Source of the DNA: Eledone cirrhosa
Lineage: Eukaryota
Direction: 5' to 3'
NCBI GenBank assembly: GCA_964016885.1
Contig: OZ024743.1
Location: forward strand, 121,024,001-121,088,000
Length of the DNA: 64,000 bases
Under the pieces are notes generated by a model, which was given only the letters and a program-made list of their open reading frames with translations, did no database searches and was not told the DNA's origin. Every line of letters begins with the position of its first letter. Position 1 is the first letter of the stretch. Of the stretch, positions 44,261-56,963 are shown piece after piece. A program made the position numbers and the translations under genes.

Positions 44261-45059
44261 ATATTAACAAATGGAAACTATATTTATAAAACCATATTTA
44301 TTTCATTATACATATTTCAAGGGCCACTAAGGCAAACTATGGTGCGCTTTCATCAGATAAAATATAATATAGGTTAGTTTTATAAATAAATATTGACATA
44401 CCCTGAAAAGAAATGCAGCCATTCTGGTTGGAATCTCCTGGATAGTGGAGTTATTATATTTATTGTTGGTTTATTATGCAAATTAGTGTCGGAAAGGTTT
44501 AAATAACAGTATATTTAAATTAAGCCGTTGGAATAGGGCAAAAAGAAAGAAAGAGAAAATAAGATAAAAAACGAAAGAAAGGAAGAGAAAAAAACCTGGG
44601 TATATTTAAGTGAGAGAGAATAGCGTAATTTTGAGAGAAGAGGCGAAGAAATAAATATTTATTTATTAAACTAACCTATATTTGGATTGGCAGTATCGGT
44701 AGAGGGTCGGACGCCATGCTTTGACGCATAGAATTACGGCCCTTGCCATTCTCAGTTCAAATCCCGCCGAGGTTAACTTTGCCTTTCATCCTTACAGGGT
44801 CGATAAAATAAAGTACCAGTAATACACTGGATAATTGCTGGCCTTGTGCCAAAAGTAGAAACAATTATATTTTATCTTATGAAAGCGCACCATAGTTTGC
44901 CTTGGTGGCCCTTGAAATGTATAATGAAATAAATATGGTTTTATAAATATAGTTTCCATTTGTTAATATATTGTATATTTACTCCAATAATTTGTTGAGT
45001 GCTTTATATCAGTTATAAAAATATTTTGCTTGTTTATCCGAACAAATTAAATATAACCT

Positions 45060-45060
<1 letters not shown>
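44140..45060. mobile_element. Inverted-pLTR element with noncoding interior; SINE (44683-44868, plus) inserted in the right arm
   Basis: 44257-44395 mirrors 44655-44680 plus 44866-44975. Confidence 0.82.
44302..44361 (-). ncRNA. Type I hammerhead, canonical core (plus copy 44871-44928 has core CUUAUGA)
   Basis: Minus strand TTTAT-CTGATGA-AAG...CTT-GAAA-TATGTA-TA-ATGAA-ATAAA. Confidence 0.75.
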
Positions 45061-45114
<54 letters not shown>

Positions 45115-45714
45115 CATTCGTACATACATACGCATGTGTATGTGTGTGTGAATGCAGAATGCGGATATCATTTCACAAATCCAAACCAAGAGAACTTAAA
45201 CAATACACAACTCACAGCACCACATGAAGCAGATACATGCTTGCCAAATCCGGTTAATATACCAAATCTACCAGAGGCAACATATAACCCACGAAAAATT
45301 ACTATATTAGAAAAAAAAGAAAAAAATGACACAATACTTCTTGCTGTATGATATGATACCATGCAGAGGCGAACAATACGCATACACCTCTACTCAAAAT
45401 CGATATCTATGAAAGAGATGAATACTTATTCATTTTGTATAAGAACAATTTATATAAGAGCAAAATATTTTGAAAATATCTCGGGATGTGATTTGAAGCC
45501 TTATTGTGTTGAAGGAAAAAATAGACAACGTCAATAATACGTGATCTATAGTCGCTAAAGTGACGTTTCTTATAGCCAACGAGACGCTAGCACTGCTGCG
45601 AATTATACGCAGCTCGCAACACCTGACCATTAGACTTAGTGATTATGCATTCCGTAAATTTATCACGATTCCCTTGCGGTTGGTGTTGTAGTTTTTGTTG
45701 TTATGTATTTTTCC

Positions 45715-45842
45715 CAGCTCTTTATATTCTGAGTTCGAACCACACAGTGATCAACTTTGTCTTTCATAATTTTAGGGTCAATAAAATGAAGTACCAGAAC
45801 ATTACTAATCGACTTTCCCTTCCACCCAAATTGTTGGCCTCA
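45715..45842 (+). mobile_element. Diverged SINE fragment
   Basis: GAGTTCGAACC...CTTTCAT..GGGTCAATAAAATGAAGTACCAG. Confidence 0.7.
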
Positions 45843-45849
45843 ATCAGAA

Positions 45850-46920
45850 AACACCGTGGCTGATGAAGTGCAAATATCTGCTCAGTCTACGTCATCTCCA
45901 GCTTTACCTCGACCGTGCAGAAGTGTGTTCACGCAGTTTCCTTGACACAGCTGCAGTCCTGGGTCACGCGAAAGCTGAGAGGAGGCACTTGGAAATTGGA
46001 ATCTCTCCAAGCGCTCACAGGGCAGGGTGATCGGTGGGAACCTGCCTTAGCTTTCTTTAGAGATTTAGTTGCGGATAAAACCGACGTCGTTCTTTGAGAG
46101 ACTGGAAATTCGAGGAAGATCAACTAACCACCCTTTTCCAGGACATTTAGTCCAGGACCATGGACAACTTCCAGAAATCCTTGGCCTGACAGTGCTACAG
46201 AAGAGCTTTGCCAGTTCGAAATAAACTCTACAGGCATGGAAGTGCCGTCAGTCGGGTCTGAGCGCGATGACACAGCGTTATGTAACCCTCCTGCACGCAT
46301 TCGTCGAGGCTCCAAGTATTGCCAAATTGTGGGTTTATGAAGAACACCTGTTTTCGTGTTTGGGACGCATTAAACTTTCAACTGAGTGCATTGTAAATAT
46401 CACTCCGGCGTCTTCCTTTAGATGAGACGGAGGCAGTCTTTATCTGCCAGGTGGCCAAGGTGAAAGAGGTCATGTGGTGGATCCACTTGAAACTGTTAAA
46501 GACAAGTACATTCTTAGGCGAATCCTCAATTAACTCTTTCAGGTTTCACCTGAGAGAAAAAATCAGGGTGGAGCGGGAAATGCTGCCTTCTAACCAGATT
46601 GTTGAAAGGTGGGTGAGAGAGGCGATCATGGCCTGAGTGAATGGGCTTGATCTGACTATGCGCCTGTAAAATGGTGGAGGACAACTGAGGCAGGTCACTT
46701 GCCTTAGACATCAAGGTTACCATGGCTTTCTCAACGAGTGGCCCTCGGACGTGTTCCCACCTTTGGGGAATTTGTTGTTTTGATTTATTAAATGTTTATT
46801 TATGTTTTAGTCTTCTTTATAAACCTTTCTCTCACATAAAAACTCACACTTTACCGTCCTGTACCGTTTTTAATTTCCTCTTAATGTAATGTAAACCCTG
46901 TGTGGCTAATAAAAAAAACA
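45850..46920 (+). pseudogene. L1/Tx1-clade LINE 3' end (zf-RVT-like region, 3' UTR, A-rich end)
   Basis: ALPVRNKLYRHG...LLHAFVE...IAKLW; KEVMWW...FRFHLREKIRVERE...VERW; ends AATAAAAAAAA. Confidence 0.72.
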
Positions 46921-46939
46921 TTATTATTATTATTTAGAT

Positions 46940-47330
46940 AGGGCACTCTGGAACTCAGTAGATAGGAATAGCACAGATTGCTCCAGATTTAAAGTGGTTG
47001 ACCACACAGACAATAAATATGTGATCTACATGGTCAATCTAGATAAGCTTCGTAGTCTTTGACCCAGATACTGGAAGCTTAATGGCTGGCTGCAAAGAGA
47101 GGTAAATTGCCTGGTTTTGATGATCTACCCTATGACATTCATACTGTTATTCTAAACTTGTTTGGCGGTCTCTTAGCAGATGCCTATTCAGGGAGACACA
47201 TCCATTCTCTAAGCCAAACTGCGGTGGTGCTACCGAAAAGGACTCGAACAATTTTCGGCCCATGGATCTTCTGAATGCGGACTTCAAGATTTCGGTCAAC
47301 ATTTAGCAAATACGTTGAGATTTGTCATAG
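46940..47330 (+). pseudogene. L1/Tx1 EN C-terminus and RT N-terminus fragments
   Basis: RYWKLN and NNFRPMDLLNADFKI motifs. Confidence 0.65.
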
Positions 47331-47339
47331 TTTCTATAT

Positions 47340-47950
47340 TTGTAACCCTTAGGGAGGAATACTGTAAAGGTTAGGATTGCAGTAATCCCGCCTGAGCTGA
47401 ATATCTGGTGGGTTCTGGCCTGCGTGGTGCTGGAACTAATTGACACCCAGTTCGAGATGAAGAAGACAAGGAGGGAAAACTGAGAGAGGAGGTACTCCAC
47501 ATCAAATCAGAAAAGGTGGAGAAGATCCCAGACCTTACTACCTTATGGGGAGTAGAACCCCATGACATCATTGAACAGAAGAGGCCTGGTTGCCATCTGT
47601 GTAAGCAGACTAGCCACATGAGAGGTGTCTGCACTCGACTAAAGGCAGGGGATAAGAGGCCCCTCCTTCCTGCAAACACAAGGGCTCAACAGTCACAACA
47701 ACAACACCATTAGTCAACAACCACACGAATGGCGGAACCAACAACAGCAGATCCAGTACCAACAAGAAAAACAACTCCAACAACAAAAACAACAGACTCT
47801 AACAAAACCACCCAGGGGACCGCCCCAAAATTCTCCCTCTCCCTCTCTTTCACGTCCCCCGATCTAAACACACACAAAGACAAACATAAACATATCTCCA
47901 CCGCCACCATTGTCAGACAAAGGCACCTCCTCACCTCCTTCAAGGGAGAT
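47340..47950 (+). pseudogene. Gag/ORF1-like remnant with a CCHC zinc knuckle
   Basis: CHLCKQTSHMRGVC (C-X2-C-X4-H-X4-C) in ORF 47516-47713, followed by a Thr/Gln-rich region. Confidence 0.65.
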
Positions 47951-48266
47951 TAAGAACAACAAAATATAATAAAAAAGATATAAAGATTCGGACAACAGAT
48001 CCTGAGAGGCACCATCACCTAGTCCAGGAAATAAAATCATACACACCCAGACCAAACAAAAGCACACCTGCAACAATACTAACTGACAACATAACCACCA
48101 TCGACACCACCATCAACTTTACAACAGTCACAGCCACAACCAGCCAGAACTAAAAATTAAAACGCACAAACACACAAAAGCAACAGCAAACAAGAGCATA
48201 TAGACTATACCTCGTGTTAGCGAGGAGGACAAATAAAGAACTAATACCCTCCTAACACGAAATAAT

Positions 48267-48444
48267 TGTTTCTACTTTAGGCACAAGGCCAGCAATTACC
48301 CAGTGCATTACTGGTACTTTATTTTATCGACCCCGTAAGGATGAAAGGCAAAGTCAACCTCGGCGGGATTTGAACTCAGATCGTAAAGGGACGTAACTAT
48401 GCTAGAAAGCATGGCGTCCGACACTCTACCGATATTGCCAATCC
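48267..48444 (-). mobile_element. Young SINE with 12-bp TSD
   Basis: TSD ACACGAAATAAT at 48255-48266 and 48445-48456. Confidence 0.93.
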
Positions 48445-48899
48445 ACACGAAATAATGTCATTGAGAAAGACGTATATATCTTGATAATGGTCCGTATGTC
48501 CCTCTAGACTTATAAAAACATTAAGGAAAGCTTCCCTCCAAGGATGTGGGAAATGTTAATGTAAAAACCACAAGTAGGCTTTTAATGGGGTTTCCAAAGG
48601 AACCACACTAACTAGAGATGGTGGTCGAACGACCCAATCTACAACAGTACCCATATGACGTCTGCTTTGGCTTACAAGCCCAGACTTTCACATACATACA
48701 GGTATGCATCCCTCACAAGAATGAGTCCCTTTCAAACCCCGTTCTCGCAGCGGACTAATACCCCCATATCTTTATTGACCCGCTTCACTTCAGCATGCCC
48801 CCTCCTGCTTCTTTTTAAATTCCTTAATACTAGTAGCAATCAGATTTCACCACTGGTCTCTGTCAATGGCAAGATTTTTTCCCATATTTCGGTGTTGTT

Positions 48900-49565
48900 G
48901 TAGATCTTATACAAGGTAATTTTCAGGTAGTTTTTAAAGTTAGGATTGCACTACAGGTGTTTGTCTGGCAACGTTTATCCATAAAATACATGTTTTGGCA
49001 GTCTGCTGTCCTCTATGCTTATTATGTTATCTGAATACTGGAGACACCGTTACATGAAGCACCGGATATGCCCACAGTATGCTGTCCATGTCTTACACCC
49101 ATACAGCAAGGGTGTAATCACACATGTTTAATACACTTCAACTTTCCTGTGCACGCTGATATCTGACTCTGACCACAGTCGCTTCTTCAGCTTACCAAAA
49201 GCCTCGGTAGCTTTAGCTATTCAGTTGCTGACCCCTTCATCAAGGCTGCTGTTTCTGGAAAGGGTACTACCCAGGTAGGCGAACTTGTCCCCAGCCTTCC
49301 AAATTTTCCATTTGACAGATATGGATTGTGGAGTATATGGCTTTCAGGGTGAATGCTAATACATCACCACTGTCTTTTTCAGGCTGATGTTCAGACCAAA
49401 CACAGCACATGCTGCAGAGAAGCAATCCATGAGGACTTGAAAATCTTCTTCTGTGTGGCTGAAGACTGTCTGGGTAAAGGAGATCATGTATCAGTACAAT
49501 ATATGTTTTTGGTGCTGCAAGGAATCGCTGGATGATAAAGAGTTTTCCTACGCATCGATCGTTAA
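48900..49565 (-). pseudogene. RTE LINE, RT C-terminal half
   Basis: GKLFIIQRF...IHDLLYPD (decayed YADD); FAYLGSTLSRNSSLDEGVSN*IAKATEAFGKLKKRLW; PLLYGCKTW. Confidence 0.88.
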
Positions 49566-50676
49566 CACACCACACATACATACATATCTATATGTATATA
49601 TATACACAGAGGTATCCACTGTAAGTTGTGGGGTCTATTCTGTATGAAGAACTCAATGTAATCCATATGTTGAAAATGTTGTAGGTTATGATAAATCTCA
49701 GAAAACAATAAAACATTAAAAGGAAAACAGAGTCATGATATAAGTTAAAACAATGAAATAAAAAATCAAGTCATTAGAGATATACTTCACTGCTTTACGA
49801 TCGTTTCTCGATGGTGATAATACATTGTATCTATACTCAGTTATTGATCTATGTAAGTTTACAAACCATCAGATAGAGAGAATATTTACTTACATGCATA
49901 TCACCAGCTGTTTTCAAAAGCAATAATAATTTTATTCAATAACAATTTTACTCAGAATTAGTATCATGTCCATATTTGGAGGTAGTTGAAGAAATAACGA
50001 ATTAAATTGTTTTTTTCATATGGTGTTAAGATGAAAAGTAATACACTTTAGTTGAGGTCATGACCCTTTTAAAGGAATGGTTAAAAGGTGTTAGTAGAAA
50101 TGGCATAAAAATCTATTAGGAAGGAAGGGGATTGTCAAACTGATAGTTGAATGTATCTTGTATAGTGAATTTAAAAGGAATGTCAAAATAAATGCTGATT
50201 AGTGTTGTATTGAGTTTTAAGGTGAATATAAATTAATGTTATGGCTAGGAAAGATAGTATATTAAAAGATGAAAATTATAATAAGATAATGTGGTATAGT
50301 AATGCGATAATATACAACTTAACCAACAGCATATAGTACGGTGTGTTAAATTGCACTCAGTATAATATAACATACTATACGCTCTAAAATATTACTAAGT
50401 ATGTTTATGCATAAACAATCAAACTCAGATAAGTACATGTTGGCATAGTTAAAACACATAAATTTCATAGTCTACAAAGTGCACATATTCACACCACATA
50501 TAGAGAGAGGTACAGTTATATTGATATCCAAACAAAATATACATACGTGCAAATAGATGCAAACCTAAATACACATCCACGCGCATGCATATAATCATAT
50601 ATATACATATTCATATATATCTATATCCACACATACACATATACCCCCATATATACATATACATATACAGATACAT

Positions 50677-50729
<53 letters not shown>

Positions 50730-51055
50730 TACATACATACATATATACATGTACATACATATAGACACACACATACATACATATATACATACGCATTTAC
50801 ACATATATATATATATATACACATATATATATATGTATATATACATATATATATACATATATATACACATACATAGACACACATATATATATATATATAT
50901 ATACATATACAACACACACACACATACACATATATATATATATAGACACACTTGTGTGAGCATGTGTACACTAATCTTACATGTGCACACAATCATATAT
51001 AAACATTCATACATCTATACTCACATATACACACGCACAAACACATATATACCCC

Positions 51056-51090
<35 letters not shown>

Positions 51091-51240
51091 ACACACTCAC
51101 ATACATATACACTCCCATATATATATATATATATACACATATATATACACACATACATATACATATACATATACATACATACACACATACACATACATAC
51201 ACAACCATATACATATATACACATATACACATACATAAAC

Positions 51241-51339
<99 letters not shown>

Positions 51340-51699
51340 AATATATACACACATAAATATATATTCCATATCATACATAGCTGTTTATTTTCACTCATGT
51401 GGTTGTGTATTTTGTTGCCTTTAGTCATTAACGCATAAATCTAAGGAAGCTAAAACATTAAAAGGCAAAAATAAGCATGAATGCATATAATTAGGGGAAA
51501 GAGGTACTAATAAATGTTATTCTATACGGAATTATAGTGAGTTACTATTTAGAATTTTTAATTAGGTTTATTATATTTAATTAAGTTTATAGTATTTAAT
51601 TAGGTTTATAGTATTTAATTAGGTTTATAGTATTTATATGTTTTTCGTAAATGTTTATAGTATTTAAATGTTTTTCGTAAAGCGGTAAATAATTATAAA

Positions 51700-51912
51700 A
51701 AGAAAAAAATACATTTTAAGTTATTGTGGAACACCATTCTACAAAAAACTCCATATCTTGGAAACAGGAGGGAATGCAGATTATGTTCAGGAGAGATCTT
51801 GGAAATTATTAAATCTAAGGACGATTTATTAAATAAAAGACAGGAATTGATCATAGTCTGTAATCACCGTATACGAAAAACATTTAACTATAAACCTAAT
51901 CAAATACTATAA
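51700..51912 (+). pseudogene. PLE GIY-YIG C-terminal fragment
   Basis: WNTILQKTPYLGNRRECRLCSGEILEIIKSKDDLLNKRQELIIVCNH. Confidence 0.85.
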
Positions 51913-52161
51913 ACCTAATTAAATATTCTAAATAGCAACTCACTATAATTCCGTATAGAATAACAATTTCCCCTAATTATATGCTTTCATGCTTATTTTT
52001 ACCTTTTAATGTTTTAGCTTCCTTAGATTTATGCGTCAATGACTAAAGGCAACAAGGTACACAGCCACCCGTATTTGCATGAGTGAAAATAAACAGCTAT
52101 GAATGATATGGAAATATATTTATGTGTATATATTTGTGTGTATATATATATCATCGGGAGA

Positions 52162-52565
52162 GATGACCCCTTAGCCTTTGTCAAGGCAGAATTCTAGGAG
52201 AAGGAAAACTCTGATATAACACCTGCAACCCTGATGGTATCCAATGATGTTGACTTGTTCTTCTTTTTGGTAAATATCATCTTGGTTAAGAGAGTGGGAC
52301 TGGCTTTGTGCAGTGCCTTTGCTCACTATAAAAGCTTCACGGCACAGGCATTGCTTTATATCTGGAGATCTCTCTGCACTTGTCGTCACATGGTAGCATG
52401 GGCCCAGCACTATGTGTCAATAATTGTCACAAGTGTAGTGTTTGTACCAGAGTTTTCATGTCGCAGGCTGGACTAAAAAGTCACACTTGTTCAGCGCTTC
52501 GGTAGGGGTTCTCCTACATGGATATAAAGTAGTGGCCGTACTCGAAAACGAGTTGGCAGCCACCA

Positions 52566-52570
<5 letters not shown>
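52162..52570 (+). mobile_element. Bipartite RTE-derived retroposon
   Basis: Near-identical to 17632-18027. Confidence 0.85.
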
Positions 52571-52647
<77 letters not shown>

Positions 52648-52804
52648 TTATGTATGTGTATATGTGTATATATGTATATGCTTGTGTATGTATGTGTATG
52701 TGTATGTATGTATATGTATATGTATGTATGTGTGTATATATATGTATATATATATATATATGGTTGTGTATATATATGTGTATATATATATATGTATGTG
52801 CATG

Positions 52805-52835
<31 letters not shown>

Positions 52836-53158
52836 ATATATGTGTTTGTGTGTGTGTATATGTGAGTATAGATGTATGAATGTTTATATATGAGTATGTG
52901 CACATGTAACAAGAGTGTACATATGCTCACACAAGTGTGTATATAGATATAGATATGTGTATGTGTGTGTGTGTGTGTTGTATATGTATATATATATATA
53001 TGTGTGTGTGTATGTATGTGTATATATATGTTTATATATATATGTATATATATATATATATGTATATATGTGTATATATGTGTATATGTGTATGTATATA
53101 TGTATGTATGTATATGTGTGTCTATATGTATGTACATGTATATATGTATGTGTGTGTG

Positions 53159-53189
<31 letters not shown>

Positions 53190-53194
53190 ATATT

Positions 53195-54055
53195 AGAATT
53201 GTTTTAGAGTAGTGACAGTCTCACTTACTTTAAATTTTCAGCAAACAGGGGGAGATAAAGCTGACAGAGCTATGTTTCATACTGATTGGTACTTATCAAA
53301 GCCAAGTACCCCACCTGTTTGCTGAAAATCATGAATGTTTGATTCTTATAGAATTTCTAATAATAATCAGGAATTGATTATACAGAGCGGTTGCCGGTCA
53401 AGCAGGAATTGAAAATTAGAATTCGCGCTCTGAAATAGCTATATATATATGAATGTATATACAGTGTATTTTGCAATACATTGTATGCTTAATTAAAAAC
53501 ATTTCGAAGACCTTATGCTATTGTTCGGCAAACAGGTGAGGTACTTGGCTTTGATAAGTACCAATCAGTACCAATCAGTACGAAACATAGCTCTGTCAGC
53601 TTTATCTCCCCCTGTTTGCTGAAAATTTAAAGTAAGTGAGACTGTCACTACTCTAAAACAATAGCATAAGGTCTTCGGAATGCTTTTAATTAAGCATACA
53701 GTGTATTACAAAATACACTATATATACATTCATATATATATATAGCTATTTCAGAGCGCCAATTCTAATTTTCAATTTCTGCTTGACCGGCAACCGCTCT
53801 GTATAATCAGTTCCTGATTATTACTAGAAATTCTATATGAATCAAACATTCATGATTTTCAGCAAACAGGTGGGGTACTTGGGTTTGATAAGTACCAATC
53901 AGTACGAAACATAGCTCTGTCAGCTTTATCTCCCCCTGTTTGCTGAAAATTTAAAGAAAGTGAGACTGTCACTACTCTAAAATAATAGCATAAGGTCTTC
54001 GAAATGCTTTAAATTAAGCATACAGTGTATTGCAAAATACACTATATATTCATTC
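53195..54055. mobile_element. Retrozyme-like element: inverted monomer (53198-53525) plus tandem copies (53528-54055), period 324 nt
   Basis: HHRs at 53259-53303 (minus), 53547-53601 (plus), 53881-53925 (plus). Confidence 0.88.
53881..53925 (+). ncRNA. Compact type I hammerhead, U3-A8 core, GUC site
   Basis: GG(C/G)T-TTGATAA-GTAC CAATCA GTAC-GAAA-CA TAGCTC TG-TC-AGCT; enclosed by TTTTCAGCAAACAGG / CCTGTTTGCTGAAAA. Confidence 0.85.
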
Positions 54056-54933
54056 ATATATGTGTATGTATCTGTATATGTATATATGGGGGTATATGTG
54101 TATGTGTGGATATAGATATATATGGATATGTATATATATGATTATATGCATGCGTGTGGATGTGTATTTAGGTTTGCATCTATTTGCACGTATGTATATT
54201 TTGGTTGGATATCAATATAACTGTACCTCTCTCTATATGTGGTGTGAATATGTGCACTCTGTAGACTATGAAATTTATGTGTTTTAACTATGCCAACATG
54301 TACTTATCTGAGTTTGATTGTTTATGCATAAACATACTTAGTAATATTTTAGAGCGTATAGTATGTTATATTATACTGAGTGCAATTTAACACACCGTAC
54401 TATATGCTGTTGGTTAAGTTGTATATTATCGCATTACTATATTACATTACGATCTGAGTTCAAATCCCGCCGAGGTTGACTTTGCCTTTCATCCTTACGG
54501 GGTCGATAAAATAAAGTACCAGTAATGAACTGGTGATTTGCTGGCCTTGTGCCTTAAGTAGAAACAATTATCTTATTGTAATTTTCATCTTTTAATATAC
54601 TATCTTTCCTAGCCATAACATTAATTTATATTCACCTTAAAACTCAATACAACACTAATCAGCATTTATTTTGACATTCCTTTTAAATTCACTATACAAG
54701 ATACATTCAACTATCGGTTTGACAATCCCCTTCCTTCCTAATAGATTTTATGCCATTTCTACTAACACCTTTCAACCATTCCTTTAAAAGGGTCATGACC
54801 TCAACTAAAGTGTATTACTTTTCATCTTAACACCATATGAAAAAAACAATTTAATTCGTTAGTTCTTCAACTACCTCCAAATATGGACATGATACTAATT
54901 CTGAGTAAAATTGTTATTGAATAAAATTATTAT

Positions 54934-55065
54934 TGCTTTTGAAAACAGCTGGTGATATGCATGTAAGTAAATATTCTCTCTATCTGATAGTTTGTAAACT
55001 TACATAGATCAATAACTGAGTATAAATACAATGTATTATCACCATCGAGAAACGATCGTAAAGCA
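54934..55065 (+). ncRNA. Type I hammerhead, U3-A8 core, long stem II (mirror copy on minus strand at 49791-49922)
   Basis: TGCTT-TTGAAAA-CAGC TGGTGATA...TATCACCA TCGA-GAAA-CGATCG-TA-AAGCA. Confidence 0.78.
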
Positions 55066-55113
55066 GTGAAGTATATCTCTAATGACTTGATTGTTTATTT
55101 CATTGTGTTAACT

Positions 55114-55175
<62 letters not shown>

Positions 55176-55179
55176 TATA

Positions 55180-55237
<58 letters not shown>

Positions 55238-55436
55238 GATAAATCTACCAAGAGTTTACGGTAGTGTCCAATCCGTATGAAGAACTCAATGTAATCCGGA
55301 TATCATGGAAAGAAGAGATGCAATGAAATATCACTTTCGGTGAAAGATAAACGGAATACAGAGTCAAGATAAAATATTAAAAAAATAATGAATAAAACAA
55401 TGAAACAGTTCCTTATATTAAACAAAAAAAGTTCAT

Positions 55437-55576
55437 TATTTAACGATCGTTTCTAGGATATATATGTGTTAGAATTGGCATGCATATTCAACAGATCTAT
55501 GTACAAAATTATACAAAATTATACAAACTATCAAGATTAAATATACATACCAACACATATATATGCCGTCTTCAGA

Positions 55577-55580
<4 letters not shown>
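55437..55580 (-). ncRNA. Type I hammerhead, canonical C3-G8 core, long stem II, in pLTR fragment 55235-55580
   Basis: Minus strand TATTT-CTGAAGA-CGGC ATATATATGTGTT...AACACATATATAT CCTA-GAAA-CGATCG-TT-AAATA. Confidence 0.8.
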
Positions 55581-55652
<72 letters not shown>

Positions 55653-55659
<7 letters not shown>

Positions 55660-56919
55660 TAATGAAATGACAGGAGGCTGGATTTGTGTAAATCCTTGAA
55701 AGGTTTATTATACTATGATCATTTCAATGACCGGGTTCCGTATGAATCCGGTGATATCATCAGGTATTCGAAATATAATACGTGAATGTAATAGATAAAA
55801 TCCATGGGGCTGAAAATCGAGGACTCGAGGGCGACCGCTATTCTGTTCCTTCAACCTCAGCCGGTCGCCCTGGAGTGACGTGGCGAAAGTTTATAGTATG
55901 CTACTACCGGTCAGATAAACGAAAACAGAAAGGGATGGGAGCATAAGTTAACGTCGATCTCATGACACAAGGTAAAAGAAAGAAAGGAAGGAGAGAGAAG
56001 AAAGGGGAAGAAAGAAGAAGAGAAGCCAGGGTTAATGTCAGCTAAAAGAAGAAAGGCAACTACTACCGGTCAGATATAGGCAAGCAAGAGGGGGAAGGAA
56101 GATAAGTCTGCGGGAGGAAGACAGGAAGAGAGGAGAAGAGAAGGAAGAGAAGAGAGAAGTAGAAAAGTAAGGGTTGATGGCTACAAGAAGGAAGATAGAA
56201 AGAAAGAGGAAGAAAGGTCGATATTAATGTCAGACCACAGTCAAGCCAGGAGTGGCGCGAGAAAATGTTCACAGGGACCCGCATCTTAGCAGAGGTGAAT
56301 ATATTGGGAGTCAGTGTGTTACAGTGTTTAGACTTCTAGGATGAAGTTAAAAAAATTAATAATCAATATTCAATATTAAAGAGGTTAGAAAATTTAAAGT
56401 TCAACAGTTTAACATTTTATTATATAATAGTTCCGATTTGTTCTTTAATTTAAAGGTACTATGTGGCGGTTAAAACACCGGCCGCGCCTCGGGCCCCATG
56501 GCGAATTAAGCTACGCCGAGTATTTTCATTTACTGAAAGAAGGGGAAATTTATTTTTCCAAGCACTCCAGGTGAGCTCGTTCGCCAGGGAGCTGGTCGCG
56601 CCGCCATTAAAACCCACCCAACAGTCCGACAGAAAGTTGGAACTTTAAACTTTCACGTATTATATTTCGAATACCTGATGATATCACCGGATTCATACGG
56701 AACCCGGTCATTGAAATGATCATAGTATAATAAACCTTTCAAGGATTTACACAAATCCAGCCTCCTGTCATTTCATTATAATATTTAACTCCGTAATAGC
56801 ACCACCAACTACAAAAACAAAGACGGTTGAACTGCTTTACGTTGAGTACTCTCTATATTATTACATTACGATTGACCATACGGAATAGACCAGCTCTATA
56901 CAGTGGTGAACCTCAAACC

Positions 56920-56922
<3 letters not shown>
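55653..56922 (+). mobile_element. Non-autonomous PLE-like element with inverted pLTRs (55653-55786 / 56652-56785), in (TA)n
   Basis: Perfect ~134-bp inverted repeat containing an HHR; noncoding purine-rich interior. Confidence 0.88.
56671..56728 (+). ncRNA. Minimal type I hammerhead, canonical core (mirror copy on minus strand at 55710-55767)
   Basis: ATAC-CTGATGA-TATC ACCGG...CCGGT CATT-GAAA-TGATCA-TA-GTAT-AATAAA. Confidence 0.85.

Positions 56923-56959
<37 letters not shown>

Positions 56960-56963
<4 letters not shown>

Larger units (their letters stand above)
49605..55112. mobile_element. Large PLE palindrome: ~2-kb inverted arms (about 49735-51660 and 51900-55112) around a GIY-YIG C-terminal fragment
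   Basis: Arms match across unique and microsatellite sequence; the right arm carries three later insertions (about 52150-52570, 53190-54055, 54447-54570). Confidence 0.88.
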
